From an uncultured archaeon (GTDB lineage Archaea; Thermoplasmatota; Thermoplasmata; Thermoplasmatales; Thermoplasmataceae), in assembly GCA_000965745.1 (NCBI GenBank), contig CP009479.1, positions 1,504,001 to 1,568,000 on the forward strand: DNA of 64,000 nt. The letters run 5' to 3'. Under the pieces are notes generated by a model. That model saw only the letters and a program-made list of their open reading frames with translations, was not told where the DNA came from and did not search any database. Position numbers and translations under genes: made by a program. Below, in pieces: positions 28,057 to 37,967 of the stretch; the stretch's first letter is position 1, and each line of letters starts with the position of its first letter.

Positions 28057-29853
28057 ATGAAAGCATCATCTAAGGGTAAACTACTTGTCACTGCTGTAAC
28101 ACTTGCGCTCGCGTTGTCATCAGTTTCGGTTTTTACCGGAACGGCTTCTGCGGCACTGGTGAATACACAGATGGGTAATTTCTCCCTGACATATGATAAC
28201 GTCACGAGCACCGTGTATAACGTTAACTATTCAAACACAAACTATACGCTGAATGTAGCCAACTCAATTGCAACAAGCGGTTTGAACGCACCAATTTCGG
28301 CGGTAAGCCATCTGGATGTAAGCAAGACTCTCCAGCTTACCAACGTTACTCTATTCTCAACTGAGGACAAAGATATGTTGCTATTGTCTACAACAAACTC
28401 TTCACCGGCTCAAATTCCTTCTATCACGGTAAACTTGCCGAGTGTAGCTACGCAGGTGTCACTCACGACACAGCAGAAAACAGCAATAGAAGATAGTTCC
28501 AACCCGCTTATGGCGACTTTCCTGCCAAACTCGATTTACAGGATAACGGTTACTGACGGGTATGTGTATTACTTCTCCAACTCGCCATCTTCACTTACCA
28601 ATGGTGCCAAGACTATAGTGTTCCAGAACAGCAGTTTCATACCGGGGACCTCCCTCGTAGTGGGAACCACACCGAGCGGAACCATAAAGTACTCTCTCGA
28701 CAAGCAGAAAAATAACTTCAATCTGAGCCTTGATCCACTTACCTATGATCCCACAACTGGAGATGTAACCGGAACCTACCTGTCCTTGAACTTCAATTCA
28801 GCAACAGGAATAATCAGTGACTATACGAACAAATACACAAACACGAAGATCTTTGACCAGATTTACACTACTGGCAACGGCAGCATCGGCGGCGGATTCA
28901 TAAGCCCTCTATTCCCGGGAATTAATCCTCTGATGATTGGCAGTGTCTTCTACTATGCCAACAACACAGCTGTATACCAGGTACACAACAATCTTGCCAC
29001 TGTAGGGAACTTCTTCATAAGCAATGGGACAACAGTGTTCAAAGTGGCCTCGAATCTCAATGTCAGCACATTCAACCCGAGCCAGAATGCCATAGGCCAG
29101 AAACACATGTACGGGTACAACTACTCCAATTTCAGCAACCTGAATCTGGGCAGCCAGTTCATGGTACAGGCGGCACCCACAATAATAATGATATCGAATG
29201 ATAACTTCAGGGGCGAGCTGTTCGTACATGACGGAGTAGTTTCTGTTTCGGGCAAGACTGTAAGTGTTACCACCTCAAGCATTGCACACGTTACTTTCGT
29301 GGCCCAGGTTTGGTTCCTGCAGACACAGCTTCAGGTAAGGAACCAGCTTCAGTATGCAATACAGCACGGCATGCTGGGCGCAATGGTTTCCGTGGGTCCT
29401 GATGGGCACACGGGCAACAACATGACTACGTTCTACAACAGCTCAATGCAACTTAGAGTACAGAATGCAGAAACCAACAGAGTGCAGATCCAACTTGAGT
29501 CCAGGATGCAGCATGGGACAAACTTTGCGGTTTTCATACCGAATGAGATAATCAAGAACACGTCCCAGTTCACTTTCAGGTATGATAACCAGGAAATGAA
29601 CATGCTAACCAACATGAACAGTGTCATGAACTCTACAAACCAGAATCAGGCATCTTACTACATGACACAGGTCAATGGAGGCACACTGGTAGTGATAAAT
29701 GTTCCGCACTTCACTACGCACAGCCTTGAGATAACTGCCACTTCTGCAGGCGGGATGGACAACCTCTGGCTCTACGTGATAATAACTGTGGTGGTTGTAG
29801 CTGCTGCAGGGATTGCTGCGTTTGTGATTATCAGGAGGGGAAGAAGAGGATAA
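28057..29853 (+). CDS. Surface protein, paralogue of 24670..26448
   Basis: Start ATG 28057 after AGGTGA. It shares GSVFYY.NNT.VYQ.H.N and GGTLVVI.VPHF.THS; TM helix plus RRGRRG tail. Confidence 0.85.
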   Translation: MKASSKGKLLVTAVTLALALSSVSVFTGTASAALVNTQMGNFSLTYDNVTSTVYNVNYSNTNYTLNVANSIATSGLNAPISAVSHLDVSKTLQLTNVTLFSTEDKDMLLLSTTNSSPAQIPSITVNLPSVATQVSLTTQQKTAIEDSSNPLMATFLPNSIYRITVTDGYVYYFSNSPSSLTNGAKTIVFQNSSFIPGTSLVVGTTPSGTIKYSLDKQKNNFNLSLDPLTYDPTTGDVTGTYLSLNFNSATGIISDYTNKYTNTKIFDQIYTTGNGSIGGGFISPLFPGINPLMIGSVFYYANNTAVYQVHNNLATVGNFFISNGTTVFKVASNLNVSTFNPSQNAIGQKHMYGYNYSNFSNLNLGSQFMVQAAPTIIMISNDNFRGELFVHDGVVSVSGKTVSVTTSSIAHVTFVAQVWFLQTQLQVRNQLQYAIQHGMLGAMVSVGPDGHTGNNMTTFYNSSMQLRVQNAETNRVQIQLESRMQHGTNFAVFIPNEIIKNTSQFTFRYDNQEMNMLTNMNSVMNSTNQNQASYYMTQVNGGTLVVINVPHFTTHSLEITATSAGGMDNLWLYVIITVVVVAAAGIAAFVIIRRGRRG

Positions 29854-29916
29854 TTCCCCCAATATTTTCACTGTTTTTAAAATATTTTTGATTTTTTTTC
29901 ACTCTATTTCCAGTAT

Positions 29917-30588
29917 TCAGAAAGGAAATTTCCCGTTTGGTGAAACTTCCTCCCAGTCATCCAGAAAGCGCTTTAGCCCTTCCTCAGTCTTAGGGTGAGC
30001 AGGAAGCTTCTTAAGAACGTCAAACGGAAGGGTGACCACATCAGCTCCTATTATCCCGGCTCTGAGAACGTGCACAGGATTCCTTATTGATGCGACCAGG
30101 ATGTTTGTTCCAATGGCATAATTCGTAAACACTGTCTTGATCTGATCAATTATCTGCATACCATCCTGCCCTATGTCGTCAAGCCTCCCAACAAACGGGG
30201 AAACATATTCCGCCCCCGCCTTGGCGGCAAGGAGAGCTTGCACGGGATTGAATACCAGTGTGCAGTTAACCGATATGTTCTCGCTCTTGAGCGTCTTAAT
30301 GGCTTTAAGGCCATCGAGCGTCATAGGTATTTTCACAACGGCATTGCTTCCGAGCTCAACGATCTTGTGTGCCTGTTTGATCATGGTCTCATAGTCGGTG
30401 GCAACAACTTCCACACTGACAGGCCCTGGTGTAGTTTTCACAATCTCCCGTATGATGCCTGCAAGGTCTTTGCCTTTGCCTGCAACCTTAGAAGCCAGCG
30501 TGGGATTGGTGGTAACGCCGTCCACCAGCCCCCATTCAACTCCAGTCTTAATCTCTTCTATATTTGCCGTATCAAGAAATATTTTCAT
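29917..30588 (-). CDS. tal: Transaldolase / fructose-6-phosphate aldolase family
   Basis: FLDTAN, GVTTNP, VKIP and [11 protein letters not shown]. Confidence 0.93.
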   Translation of the reverse strand: MKIFLDTANIEEIKTGVEWGLVDGVTTNPTLASKVAGKGKDLAGIIREIVKTTPGPVSVEVVATDYETMIKQAHKIVELGSNAVVKIPMTLDGLKAIKTLKSENISVNCTLVFNPVQALLAAKAGAEYVSPFVGRLDDIGQDGMQIIDQIKTVFTNYAIGTNILVASIRNPVHVLRAGIIGADVVTLPFDVLKKLPAHPKTEEGLKRFLDDWEEVSPNGKFPF

Positions 30589-31528
30589 ATTTTCTCTCCT
30601 CCCTGAAACATCCTTCTGTTTCCTTTATGATATCATTAACACCCATATGGAAATAGTCAAAAAGGTCCCACGCCTTTCCTGATTTTCCGAAAGTGTCCTT
30701 CATGCCAACTCTTCTAACGTGCACCGGGTATTCTTCGGACGTGACCTCGGAGACTCTGCTCCCGAGCCCGTTATAGATTGAATGCTCTTCTGCTGTCACA
30801 ATCTTGCCTGTTTCCCTGGCAGCTTTCAGTATCGCTTCACGGTCAATGGGCTTCATGGATGACATGTTTACCACCCTTGCGTCTATTCCTTTGTCCTTCA
30901 ACCCTTTTGCCGCTTCCAGGGACAAGCCTACCATTGCGCCATTTGCTATTATTGTTATATCGCTCCCGTCTTTCAGGGTTGTAGCTTTTCCTGGAATGAA
31001 TTCATAATCAGGCTCATTCACTACTGGAAATTTTTCCCTTGAAAGTCTTACATAATAAGGCGTAGTTGTCTTCTCTGCAAGGAAGTTGATCACGCTTCTT
31101 GTCTCTATGGAATCAACGGGAACTATGACTTTCATATTTGGAAGGCCTGACATTATGCCGACATCTTCAATAATCTGGTGTGTGGCCCCATCCTCGCCTA
31201 CCGTCAGTCCTGCATGGGAAACTACAAGCTTAACGTCAAGGTTGTTGTAGCATATTGACTGCCTCATCTGTTCGTACGCCCTGGTCAGGAAAATTGCGAA
31301 TGTAGATGCAAATACCTTCTTGCCGGACAGTGACAGCCCCGCTGCGGTAGCTACCATGGACTGCTCCGCGATTCCCATCTCAAAGAATCTTTCAGGATAC
31401 TTCCTGGAGAACAGCACCGTCTTGGTAGAAGTGGAAGTGTCACAATCCATTACTATGAGGTCCTTGTACTTTCCCCCAACCTCTACAAGCTGCTCACCAT
31501 ATGCATCTCTAAGACTTTCTGCCGCCAT
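30572..31528 (-). CDS. Transketolase C-terminal subunit
   Basis: [14 protein letters not shown] and EEHS..GLG. Confidence 0.93.
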   Translation of the reverse strand: MAAESLRDAYGEQLVEVGGKYKDLIVMDCDTSTSTKTVLFSRKYPERFFEMGIAEQSMVATAAGLSLSGKKVFASTFAIFLTRAYEQMRQSICYNNLDVKLVVSHAGLTVGEDGATHQIIEDVGIMSGLPNMKVIVPVDSIETRSVINFLAEKTTTPYYVRLSREKFPVVNEPDYEFIPGKATTLKDGSDITIIANGAMVGLSLEAAKGLKDKGIDARVVNMSSMKPIDREAILKAARETGKIVTAEEHSIYNGLGSRVSEVTSEEYPVHVRRVGMKDTFGKSGKAWDLFDYFHMGVNDIIKETEGCFREERKYENIS

Positions 31529-32359
31529 TTACAGGCCCCCTGCGATCTCTTCCAGGGCCTGCCTGAACTCATTTTCGTCCTTTGGCGGGGAACCATGATA
31601 TTTCGGATTATTCTCCATGTAGCTTACACCTTTGCCCTTTACTGTATTGGCAACAATTACTGTAGGCCCATCGTTATAGCCTTTGGCTGCGTGTATGGCC
31701 TCGATAATTTCGGGTATGTTATGCCCATCTATCTCAATAGTGTTCCAGCCGAAACTTCTCAAAGCAGCCGGAAGATCATGCAGAGGCATGATGTCATCTG
31801 TGTTTCCGGTCTGCTGAACCCTGTTTCGGTCTATTATTGCAGTGAGGTTGGAAAGTTTGTATTTATATCCCGACATGAGAGATTCCCAGACGCTTCCCTC
31901 TTCAATCTCTCCATCTCCAAGAATAACATACGTCCTGTACGACTTCCCATCCAGCCTGGCAGCGAGAGCCATGCCCACGCCTATTCCGAACCCCTGCCCG
32001 AGGGACCCTGTAGATGCTTCAACACCAGGGACGCCTCTATGGACATGGCCTTCAAGCTTAGAATTGAGTTTCCTGAATCCGGACAGAAGGCTTTCAGGGA
32101 AGTAGCCTCTCAGAGAAAGGGTTGCGTAAAAGCCTGGTGACGCATGGCCCTTGCTGAGAACAACCCGGTCCCTGTCAGGATCATTTGGTTTGAGCGGGTC
32201 AATATTAAGTTCTTTGAAATAAAGAACTGAGAGTATGTCGGCAAGGCTCAATGAACCTCCCGGGTGCCCGCTCTTTGCGGCATATACCATTTCAACGGAC
32301 TTGGTTCTTATGCTTGCCGCCATCTTCTTCAAATCCGAAACTGAGTAATTCTGCATCAT
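31529..32359 (-). CDS. Transketolase N-terminal subunit
   Basis: GHPGGSLS, DR.VLSKGH, STGSLGQG and GDGE. Confidence 0.93.
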   Translation of the reverse strand: MMQNYSVSDLKKMAASIRTKSVEMVYAAKSGHPGGSLSLADILSVLYFKELNIDPLKPNDPDRDRVVLSKGHASPGFYATLSLRGYFPESLLSGFRKLNSKLEGHVHRGVPGVEASTGSLGQGFGIGVGMALAARLDGKSYRTYVILGDGEIEEGSVWESLMSGYKYKLSNLTAIIDRNRVQQTGNTDDIMPLHDLPAALRSFGWNTIEIDGHNIPEIIEAIHAAKGYNDGPTVIVANTVKGKGVSYMENNPKYHGSPPKDENEFRQALEEIAGGL

Positions 32360-32533
32360 ATAAATCTCCAGTTAAAATTGTAAATAAGCGGGATCAGGGT
32401 AATGTTGAATCTGATCTGCACGGATAAGTTCACGTGTCCAGATTAAACCCTTTATTAAAAAACTTTTTTTTAACTCATCTATTTAAATTAAGCCGAAATG
32501 TAAAAATGCAGGCGCCTGGGGCAGTAAGCCTCG

Positions 32534-33619
32534 TCAAGCTACAAAATCAAGATCATCTTCGGGCTTGGTTGCCTGGCCGCCCCTGCCTTTGTTGTACTCA
32601 GATGCGAGCCCTGTTGCTACAATCAGTATCTCAACCTGTCCTTCGTAGCTGTCATCTATGTTTGCACCCCAGATGATCTTTGTATTCTTCCCCACTCTTT
32701 TCTGAACTTCCTCTGCGGCATTGTTGGCCTCCTGAAGCTGCAAATCCCTTCCTCCTTTAACATTGACAATAACTCCGGTTGCAGTGGACATGTCCATCTG
32801 GAGAAAAGGTGAATTGACGGCCTTGTCAACGGCATCTATTATTCTTGTTTCCTCGCCCTCCTTGGAAACGCCAATGCCGATCATAGCCACCCCGGAATTC
32901 TGCATTATCGTTTTGAGATCGTTGAAGTCGAGGTTAATCAGGCCAGGATTGGTTACCAAATCGGTTAGCCCAACGATTGCCTTTACGATGATTTCATCGG
33001 CATACTTGAAAGCCTTTTCAAGTGGTAGATCTGGCACAAGTTCCAGTAACTTGTCGTTTGGAATTATGATGACTGTATCTGAGGAATTGATCAGCTTGTT
33101 CAGGCCCCAGTCTGCGTTCTGCTTCCTCACAACGCCTTCAGATTTGAACGGAAGGGTAACGACCCCTATTGTGAGAGCACCAAGGTTCCTGGCTATTCTT
33201 GCAATGTAATGGGCTGACCCAGTGCCGGTGCCTCCTCCTAGGCCTGCTGTAATGAACATGATATCACTCCCGCTCACATATTTTAGTATTTCCTGTTCAG
33301 ACTCCCTTGCAGCTTCTTCGCCTATCTTGGGGTCTGCCCCAGAGCCAAGACCTCGCGTAAGGTTCTTTCCAAGCAGTATTTTATTGTGGGACCTTATTCT
33401 TAACAGGTGTGGCGCATCAGTATTGCAGGCGATAAGCCTGGCCTCTTTAATGCCTTCTTTCATGAGTCGGCTGATGCTGTTTGATCCGGCTCCTCCTGCC
33501 CCAAAAATCTTGATGTGTACTTTCAGTCTCTCAATAACACTGAGGAGTTCGTCATCTGATGTCCTTGCCACATCATCTTGTTCATGAAACTGGAATCCAT
33601 AGTCAGAGCCGCTGTCCAT
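32534..33619 (-). CDS. ftsZ: Cell division GTPase FtsZ
   Basis: GAGGAG, NTD, GLGGGTGTG and NLDF.D; start moved to ATG 33619. Confidence 0.95.
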   Translation of the reverse strand: MDSGSDYGFQFHEQDDVARTSDDELLSVIERLKVHIKIFGAGGAGSNSISRLMKEGIKEARLIACNTDAPHLLRIRSHNKILLGKNLTRGLGSGADPKIGEEAARESEQEILKYVSGSDIMFITAGLGGGTGTGSAHYIARIARNLGALTIGVVTLPFKSEGVVRKQNADWGLNKLINSSDTVIIIPNDKLLELVPDLPLEKAFKYADEIIVKAIVGLTDLVTNPGLINLDFNDLKTIMQNSGVAMIGIGVSKEGEETRIIDAVDKAVNSPFLQMDMSTATGVIVNVKGGRDLQLQEANNAAEEVQKRVGKNTKIIWGANIDDSYEGQVEILIVATGLASEYNKGRGGQATKPEDDLDFVA

Positions 33620-33723
33620 TTGCACGCAGCTTAATAATGGAAGCCACATTATTAATTCTTTTGCGTAAGGTGAAATAGACGCCCGCAATAAAAATTAGTG
33701 TTTCTGGAAAAATGTTTTATTAT

Positions 33724-34947
33724 TCACCTGGTCATCCATGACTTCTGTTTCCAGAAGGTAATGAGCCCGTACAGTGTGGTAGCAAACATTATTCCAAGCG
33801 CAATTGACCCGAAGGCTATCGTTTTTATTCTTTCCTTGTTTATCTTCGCAGCGATTGCTCCCAGGAAAATCACGTTCCCTGCAACATTCAGCATTAGCAG
33901 GATTGCCCTTGCGAATTCGGTATACGCATAGTGCGTGGCCCTTAGAAGCAGGAGATCCTCGATCTGGGTAAGTGCATCCAGCGCAACTCGCCTGTGCACT
34001 GCAAACTCAAGGTAAAGCCTGAATATCGCGAGTAATACCACTAGAACAGGGAGGAGGTACATGTACACCATTTCGAAGGTGTAAAAGGCCCCTGCCTTTC
34101 TTGCTGTCCCGTTAAATATTTCTTTGAAGAAATGAGTCCACCCTACCCTTGACCACCTTATCTGCTGCTTGACGAATTTCTTGTAATCCTGGGGCGGGTC
34201 CGTGAAGACAGTAACCCGGTAATCCTTGATTGCCCTGTAACCGGTTTTTGTTATGTAGCTGGTTATCTGCCTGTCATCGCCCATAACACTCTTCCTTCCC
34301 ATGACTTTGTTAGAAACAAAAGAGCCGGACTGGATCAGGGGCTTCACCAGGGAGGTCCTGTAAAGTGCACATCTCCCATCAAGAACCATGACGTTTCCAT
34401 GGGCCGACATGGCCCTGAAGACAACCTCTCTTGCCCTCTCCAGAAATTCTGCGCTGTATGACACCCCTGTTTTGTTGCTCCTTACGGCGATATTTGTCCC
34501 GACACCGCCAACATCCTCCTCCATTAGTGACAGCATGCTTTTTACAGCACCCGCCGGAATGACGGTGTCGCTGTCTACAAACATAACGTATTCGGTATCG
34601 ACATGATTGAGCAGCAAGGAGAGCGCTTTTCTCTTCCCCCCTCTCTCTTCAGAAAGGACAAAGGTTCCGCCATTCTCCTCTGTAATCGTTCTGTAAGGTT
34701 CATTGCTCGAGTCTCCGAGGACAACAAACTTGACCCCCTGTCCCGACACTGCGGAAACAACATTTCTGAATGTTTCCACATTCTCATTGTAAACGGGGAT
34801 GGCTATAGTTACCTCTTTATCGTCAACTTCCACATTTCTGCCCTGCTCATCCTTGTAATAGACTGAAGAGTAGGTATTCAGTATATAATACGTGAACGAA
34901 ATTGCCGTAAACAGCAGTAGTATTAGGTACAGATAGAAATACTGCAC
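33724..34947 (-). CDS. Processive GT2 glycosyltransferase (hyaluronan synthase/NodC-like)
   Basis: GGKR, FVDSD, GDDRQIT and QQIRW; TM segments at both ends. Confidence 0.85.
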   Translation of the reverse strand: MQYFYLYLILLLFTAISFTYYILNTYSSVYYKDEQGRNVEVDDKEVTIAIPVYNENVETFRNVVSAVSGQGVKFVVLGDSSNEPYRTITEENGGTFVLSEERGGKRKALSLLLNHVDTEYVMFVDSDTVIPAGAVKSMLSLMEEDVGGVGTNIAVRSNKTGVSYSAEFLERAREVVFRAMSAHGNVMVLDGRCALYRTSLVKPLIQSGSFVSNKVMGRKSVMGDDRQITSYITKTGYRAIKDYRVTVFTDPPQDYKKFVKQQIRWSRVGWTHFFKEIFNGTARKAGAFYTFEMVYMYLLPVLVVLLAIFRLYLEFAVHRRVALDALTQIEDLLLLRATHYAYTEFARAILLMLNVAGNVIFLGAIAAKINKERIKTIAFGSIALGIMFATTLYGLITFWKQKSWMTR

Positions 34948-35009
34948 ACAACAAAATTATTATATAGTATTAAACGTTGCTGGTGCAATAGCGAATTTCA
35001 GGTAGAAAT

Positions 35010-36611
35010 TTACTGTGCCAGAATTTCCTTTAGCACCTTCTTATCTATTTTGCCTGTGCTTGTTTTCTGGAACTCCCCGACCCTTCTGAATTCATCTGGT
35101 ACCCAGAACTTGGCGATTCTGCCGAATTCAACGTAGCTATCAAGGTGCTCCCTTATCTTTTCTTCTGTTACTGTTTCATCCCCTGAATAGAAAGCTACAG
35201 GCCTTTCGCCCCATTTCTCATCGGGTTTGGCAACCACAGCTACTTCCTTCACTCCTTCGCATGTGCTGATGACATCTTCAAGGACAAGTGATGGTATGAA
35301 CTCCCCTCCTGACTTGACCGCATCCTTTTCTCTGTCAACTATTGAGATATATCCAAGATCGTCCACTACTGCGAGGTCACCAGTGTGCATCCATCCGTTT
35401 TTCCACAGTTTCTCGGTTCCGGCAGGATCCTTGGTGTACTGTTTTGTAAGCCAGGGGGCCCGGACAACAATCTCTCCTATACTCTTTCCATCCTTGGGAA
35501 CCTCATTTCCTTCACTGTCTATGACCATGAGATGAACAAGCGCTATCGGAAGTCCTGTTTTGAGGCTCACTTCAAACTTCTCATCATCGCTCATCCTGAG
35601 GACATCCTGATTGAAAGTTGCGAGAGTGAGAACCGGAGCAGTTTCAGAAAGGCCATACCCTGCGCTGACTTCCATGCCAAGCTCTTTTGCCTTCATTGCC
35701 AGTCCTCTGGGAAGTGCTGATCCTCCAATTATTACCCTGAACTTATCTTTCCCAACAAAATTCTGGACATCCGGGACATTCATGATCATGTAAAGAATTG
35801 AAGGAACCATTGCTGAAACAGTGACGCCCTGTTCCTTAATTATCCTGGCGAGCCGTGGGTAGTCATACTTTCCAGGGAGCACGTATTTCATCCCCTTCAT
35901 AATTCCAGAATAGGGAAAACCCCAGGAATGGACGTGAAACATGGGCACCAGTGGCATAAGGACGTCCTTGCTCGTCACCGAAAGGGGAAATTCATTGAAT
36001 GAAACTGCAGTTCCAAGGGTGTGAAGAACTATCTGTCTGTGCGTGAACGAAACACCTTTCGGCATCCCTGTGGTTCCGGAAGTATAGAACGTAGTTGCAA
36101 GATCATCTTCATTAAGTTCCGGAAGGTTGTCTTCTGCTTCCTTTGACACCAGGTCATCATAGTCATAGAGTGGAGACAGCTTGTCCTTCACTTCCCCATC
36201 CTCAGAGTATACAATCCATCCCTTGATAAAACTGAAAGCGGACTTGTTCTTCTCAATTATGGGGACGAACTCATCCCTGATAATGACATAAGTGTCTCCT
36301 GCATGCTGCATTGTGTAGAAAATCAGCTCCGGGGGGTACCTGATGTTAACGGTGTGTATTACTGCCCCGGCCATTGGGATGGCATAATATGATTCCAAGT
36401 ATCTGTTAGTATCCCAGTCAATAACTGCAACAATGTCCCCTTTTTTCACGCCTATTCTTACAAGTGAAGACGCCAGCCTCTTCACTCTTTCGTAGAACTC
36501 TTCGTAAGTGTAATCCTCTTTTCCCTGGTAGGTTATGATCTGACCAGGAGTCCTCAGAGCGGCAGACGAGATTATTTTGTCTATTGTGAGCTGATAACCT
36601 TTATTATTCAT
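35010..36611 (-). CDS. Medium/long-chain acyl-CoA ligase
   Basis: YTSGTTGMPKG, GYGLSET, GWMHTGD and TSTGKIDK. Confidence 0.92.
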   Translation of the reverse strand: MNNKGYQLTIDKIISSAALRTPGQIITYQGKEDYTYEEFYERVKRLASSLVRIGVKKGDIVAVIDWDTNRYLESYYAIPMAGAVIHTVNIRYPPELIFYTMQHAGDTYVIIRDEFVPIIEKNKSAFSFIKGWIVYSEDGEVKDKLSPLYDYDDLVSKEAEDNLPELNEDDLATTFYTSGTTGMPKGVSFTHRQIVLHTLGTAVSFNEFPLSVTSKDVLMPLVPMFHVHSWGFPYSGIMKGMKYVLPGKYDYPRLARIIKEQGVTVSAMVPSILYMIMNVPDVQNFVGKDKFRVIIGGSALPRGLAMKAKELGMEVSAGYGLSETAPVLTLATFNQDVLRMSDDEKFEVSLKTGLPIALVHLMVIDSEGNEVPKDGKSIGEIVVRAPWLTKQYTKDPAGTEKLWKNGWMHTGDLAVVDDLGYISIVDREKDAVKSGGEFIPSLVLEDVISTCEGVKEVAVVAKPDEKWGERPVAFYSGDETVTEEKIREHLDSYVEFGRIAKFWVPDEFRRVGEFQKTSTGKIDKKVLKEILAQ

Positions 36612-36685
36612 GCGACTCACAAAACACAACAACTAGGGCAAGATAAATTTTGCTCCGTATTTTTCACCCGTATTCCAGATTTCGG

Positions 36686-37687
36686 CTACATTGAATTTAC
36701 GGAGAGCCCGATATCGGTTAGATCAACGGAGTTTAGGGCAATTCTGACGCTATTCGAGACAGACAGTTCCTCTCCAGTTATTGAAGTATTGAACGGGAGG
36801 CCGGTGAAATTCCAGAATGTTAACCCTGCTGCTTTCTGGAAAGTGGACCCGGAATTGTTGAACTGCTGAAAGAATGCGTAGTTCCACTGGTTTACAAAGG
36901 AACTGCTTATATTGTAATGGTAGCTGTTCAGTGTAATGTTGTCTATGGTTCCCAGCGTGCCATTTATTGCCGCAAGTTCCCCAACGGCCATGGAAGTTTG
37001 CTCAACAGAACTGTAATGAAGTGTCAACATCGTTGAGCCAACAGAAGATGCAGTTGTTGATGGTCCGGTAATGTTGTAAAGTGAGGACCCCAATGAAACC
37101 TGCCCTCCAGAAGAGACGTTGAGCGAAATTGGGAGGGGACCTATAGCTGTGGCGGGATTATTCCTTCCCTGTACCTGGATCAGAAAGCCATCCTGAAAAT
37201 CGTATGATGTCGGCGTAGTGAACTGTGTATCGGCAGAACTCTTGAACACTCCCTTTCCAGAATACGCGTGTGAGATGTTATAGTAAAATACCGAACCTGT
37301 GGAATTTGTGTACGATACAGTAATCACGTATTCCATGGAAGAAGAAAAGTTGTCCAGGTTACGCGAAAACGAGATCGAAGTCGGTGTGGAAGGGGAAAAG
37401 GGCGGAACCCCGCTAATTCCAGTAGGGAAGCTGTACGACACCATCTGCCCCTGGACAGCCCTGGAATCCGAAAGCTCATTCGAAAATTTGTAAAACGCAT
37501 TCTGGGTTTGCTGATCATAATGCTGCTCATTTGCTGTTCCAGTGGCAGGAACGTACCACAGAATGAACGTTGTGAAAAGTGATACAGCTATGGCAAATAT
37601 AAGCACAGTGCCGATCACTTCCGCTACTGCACTGTCATTCTTTCCATGCCTCGTACACTTTCGCTTCAGAATACAGGGTTTCACCAA
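36686..37687 (-). CDS. Large type IV pilin-like protein (class III signal peptide)
   Basis: Charged leader KNDSA|VAEVIGTVLIFAI followed by a Ser/Thr/Asn-rich body. Confidence 0.75.
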   Translation of the reverse strand: MVKPCILKRKCTRHGKNDSAVAEVIGTVLIFAIAVSLFTTFILWYVPATGTANEQHYDQQTQNAFYKFSNELSDSRAVQGQMVSYSFPTGISGVPPFSPSTPTSISFSRNLDNFSSSMEYVITVSYTNSTGSVFYYNISHAYSGKGVFKSSADTQFTTPTSYDFQDGFLIQVQGRNNPATAIGPLPISLNVSSGGQVSLGSSLYNITGPSTTASSVGSTMLTLHYSSVEQTSMAVGELAAINGTLGTIDNITLNSYHYNISSSFVNQWNYAFFQQFNNSGSTFQKAAGLTFWNFTGLPFNTSITGEELSVSNSVRIALNSVDLTDIGLSVNSM

Positions 37688-37967
37688 TATTTACCTGCTT
37701 CTTCAACTGCAAGACATTAAATAATGTTTCCACGGTGGGATGCCATCAGATTTCTGCAGCCGCCCATATGACGAGCATTTCAGGGATGGTCTGGTCCGAC
37801 GTGTATCCTCGGCCGGCTCTGCTACGGAATTCTGCCTTGATGTGGTAAGGTGATTGAGAAAATAAAAGGCCTTGCAAAGATGCTCGCTTGTGCCATTAGC
37901 ATCCTGGAGCACGACATGATCCAACATCGCCTCAAAAAAACTTTAAGTCAACCAACAATCAAAGTTC

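Noticed and set aside
29917-32359. Split transketolase with transaldolase
   Set aside because: A common archaeal arrangement.
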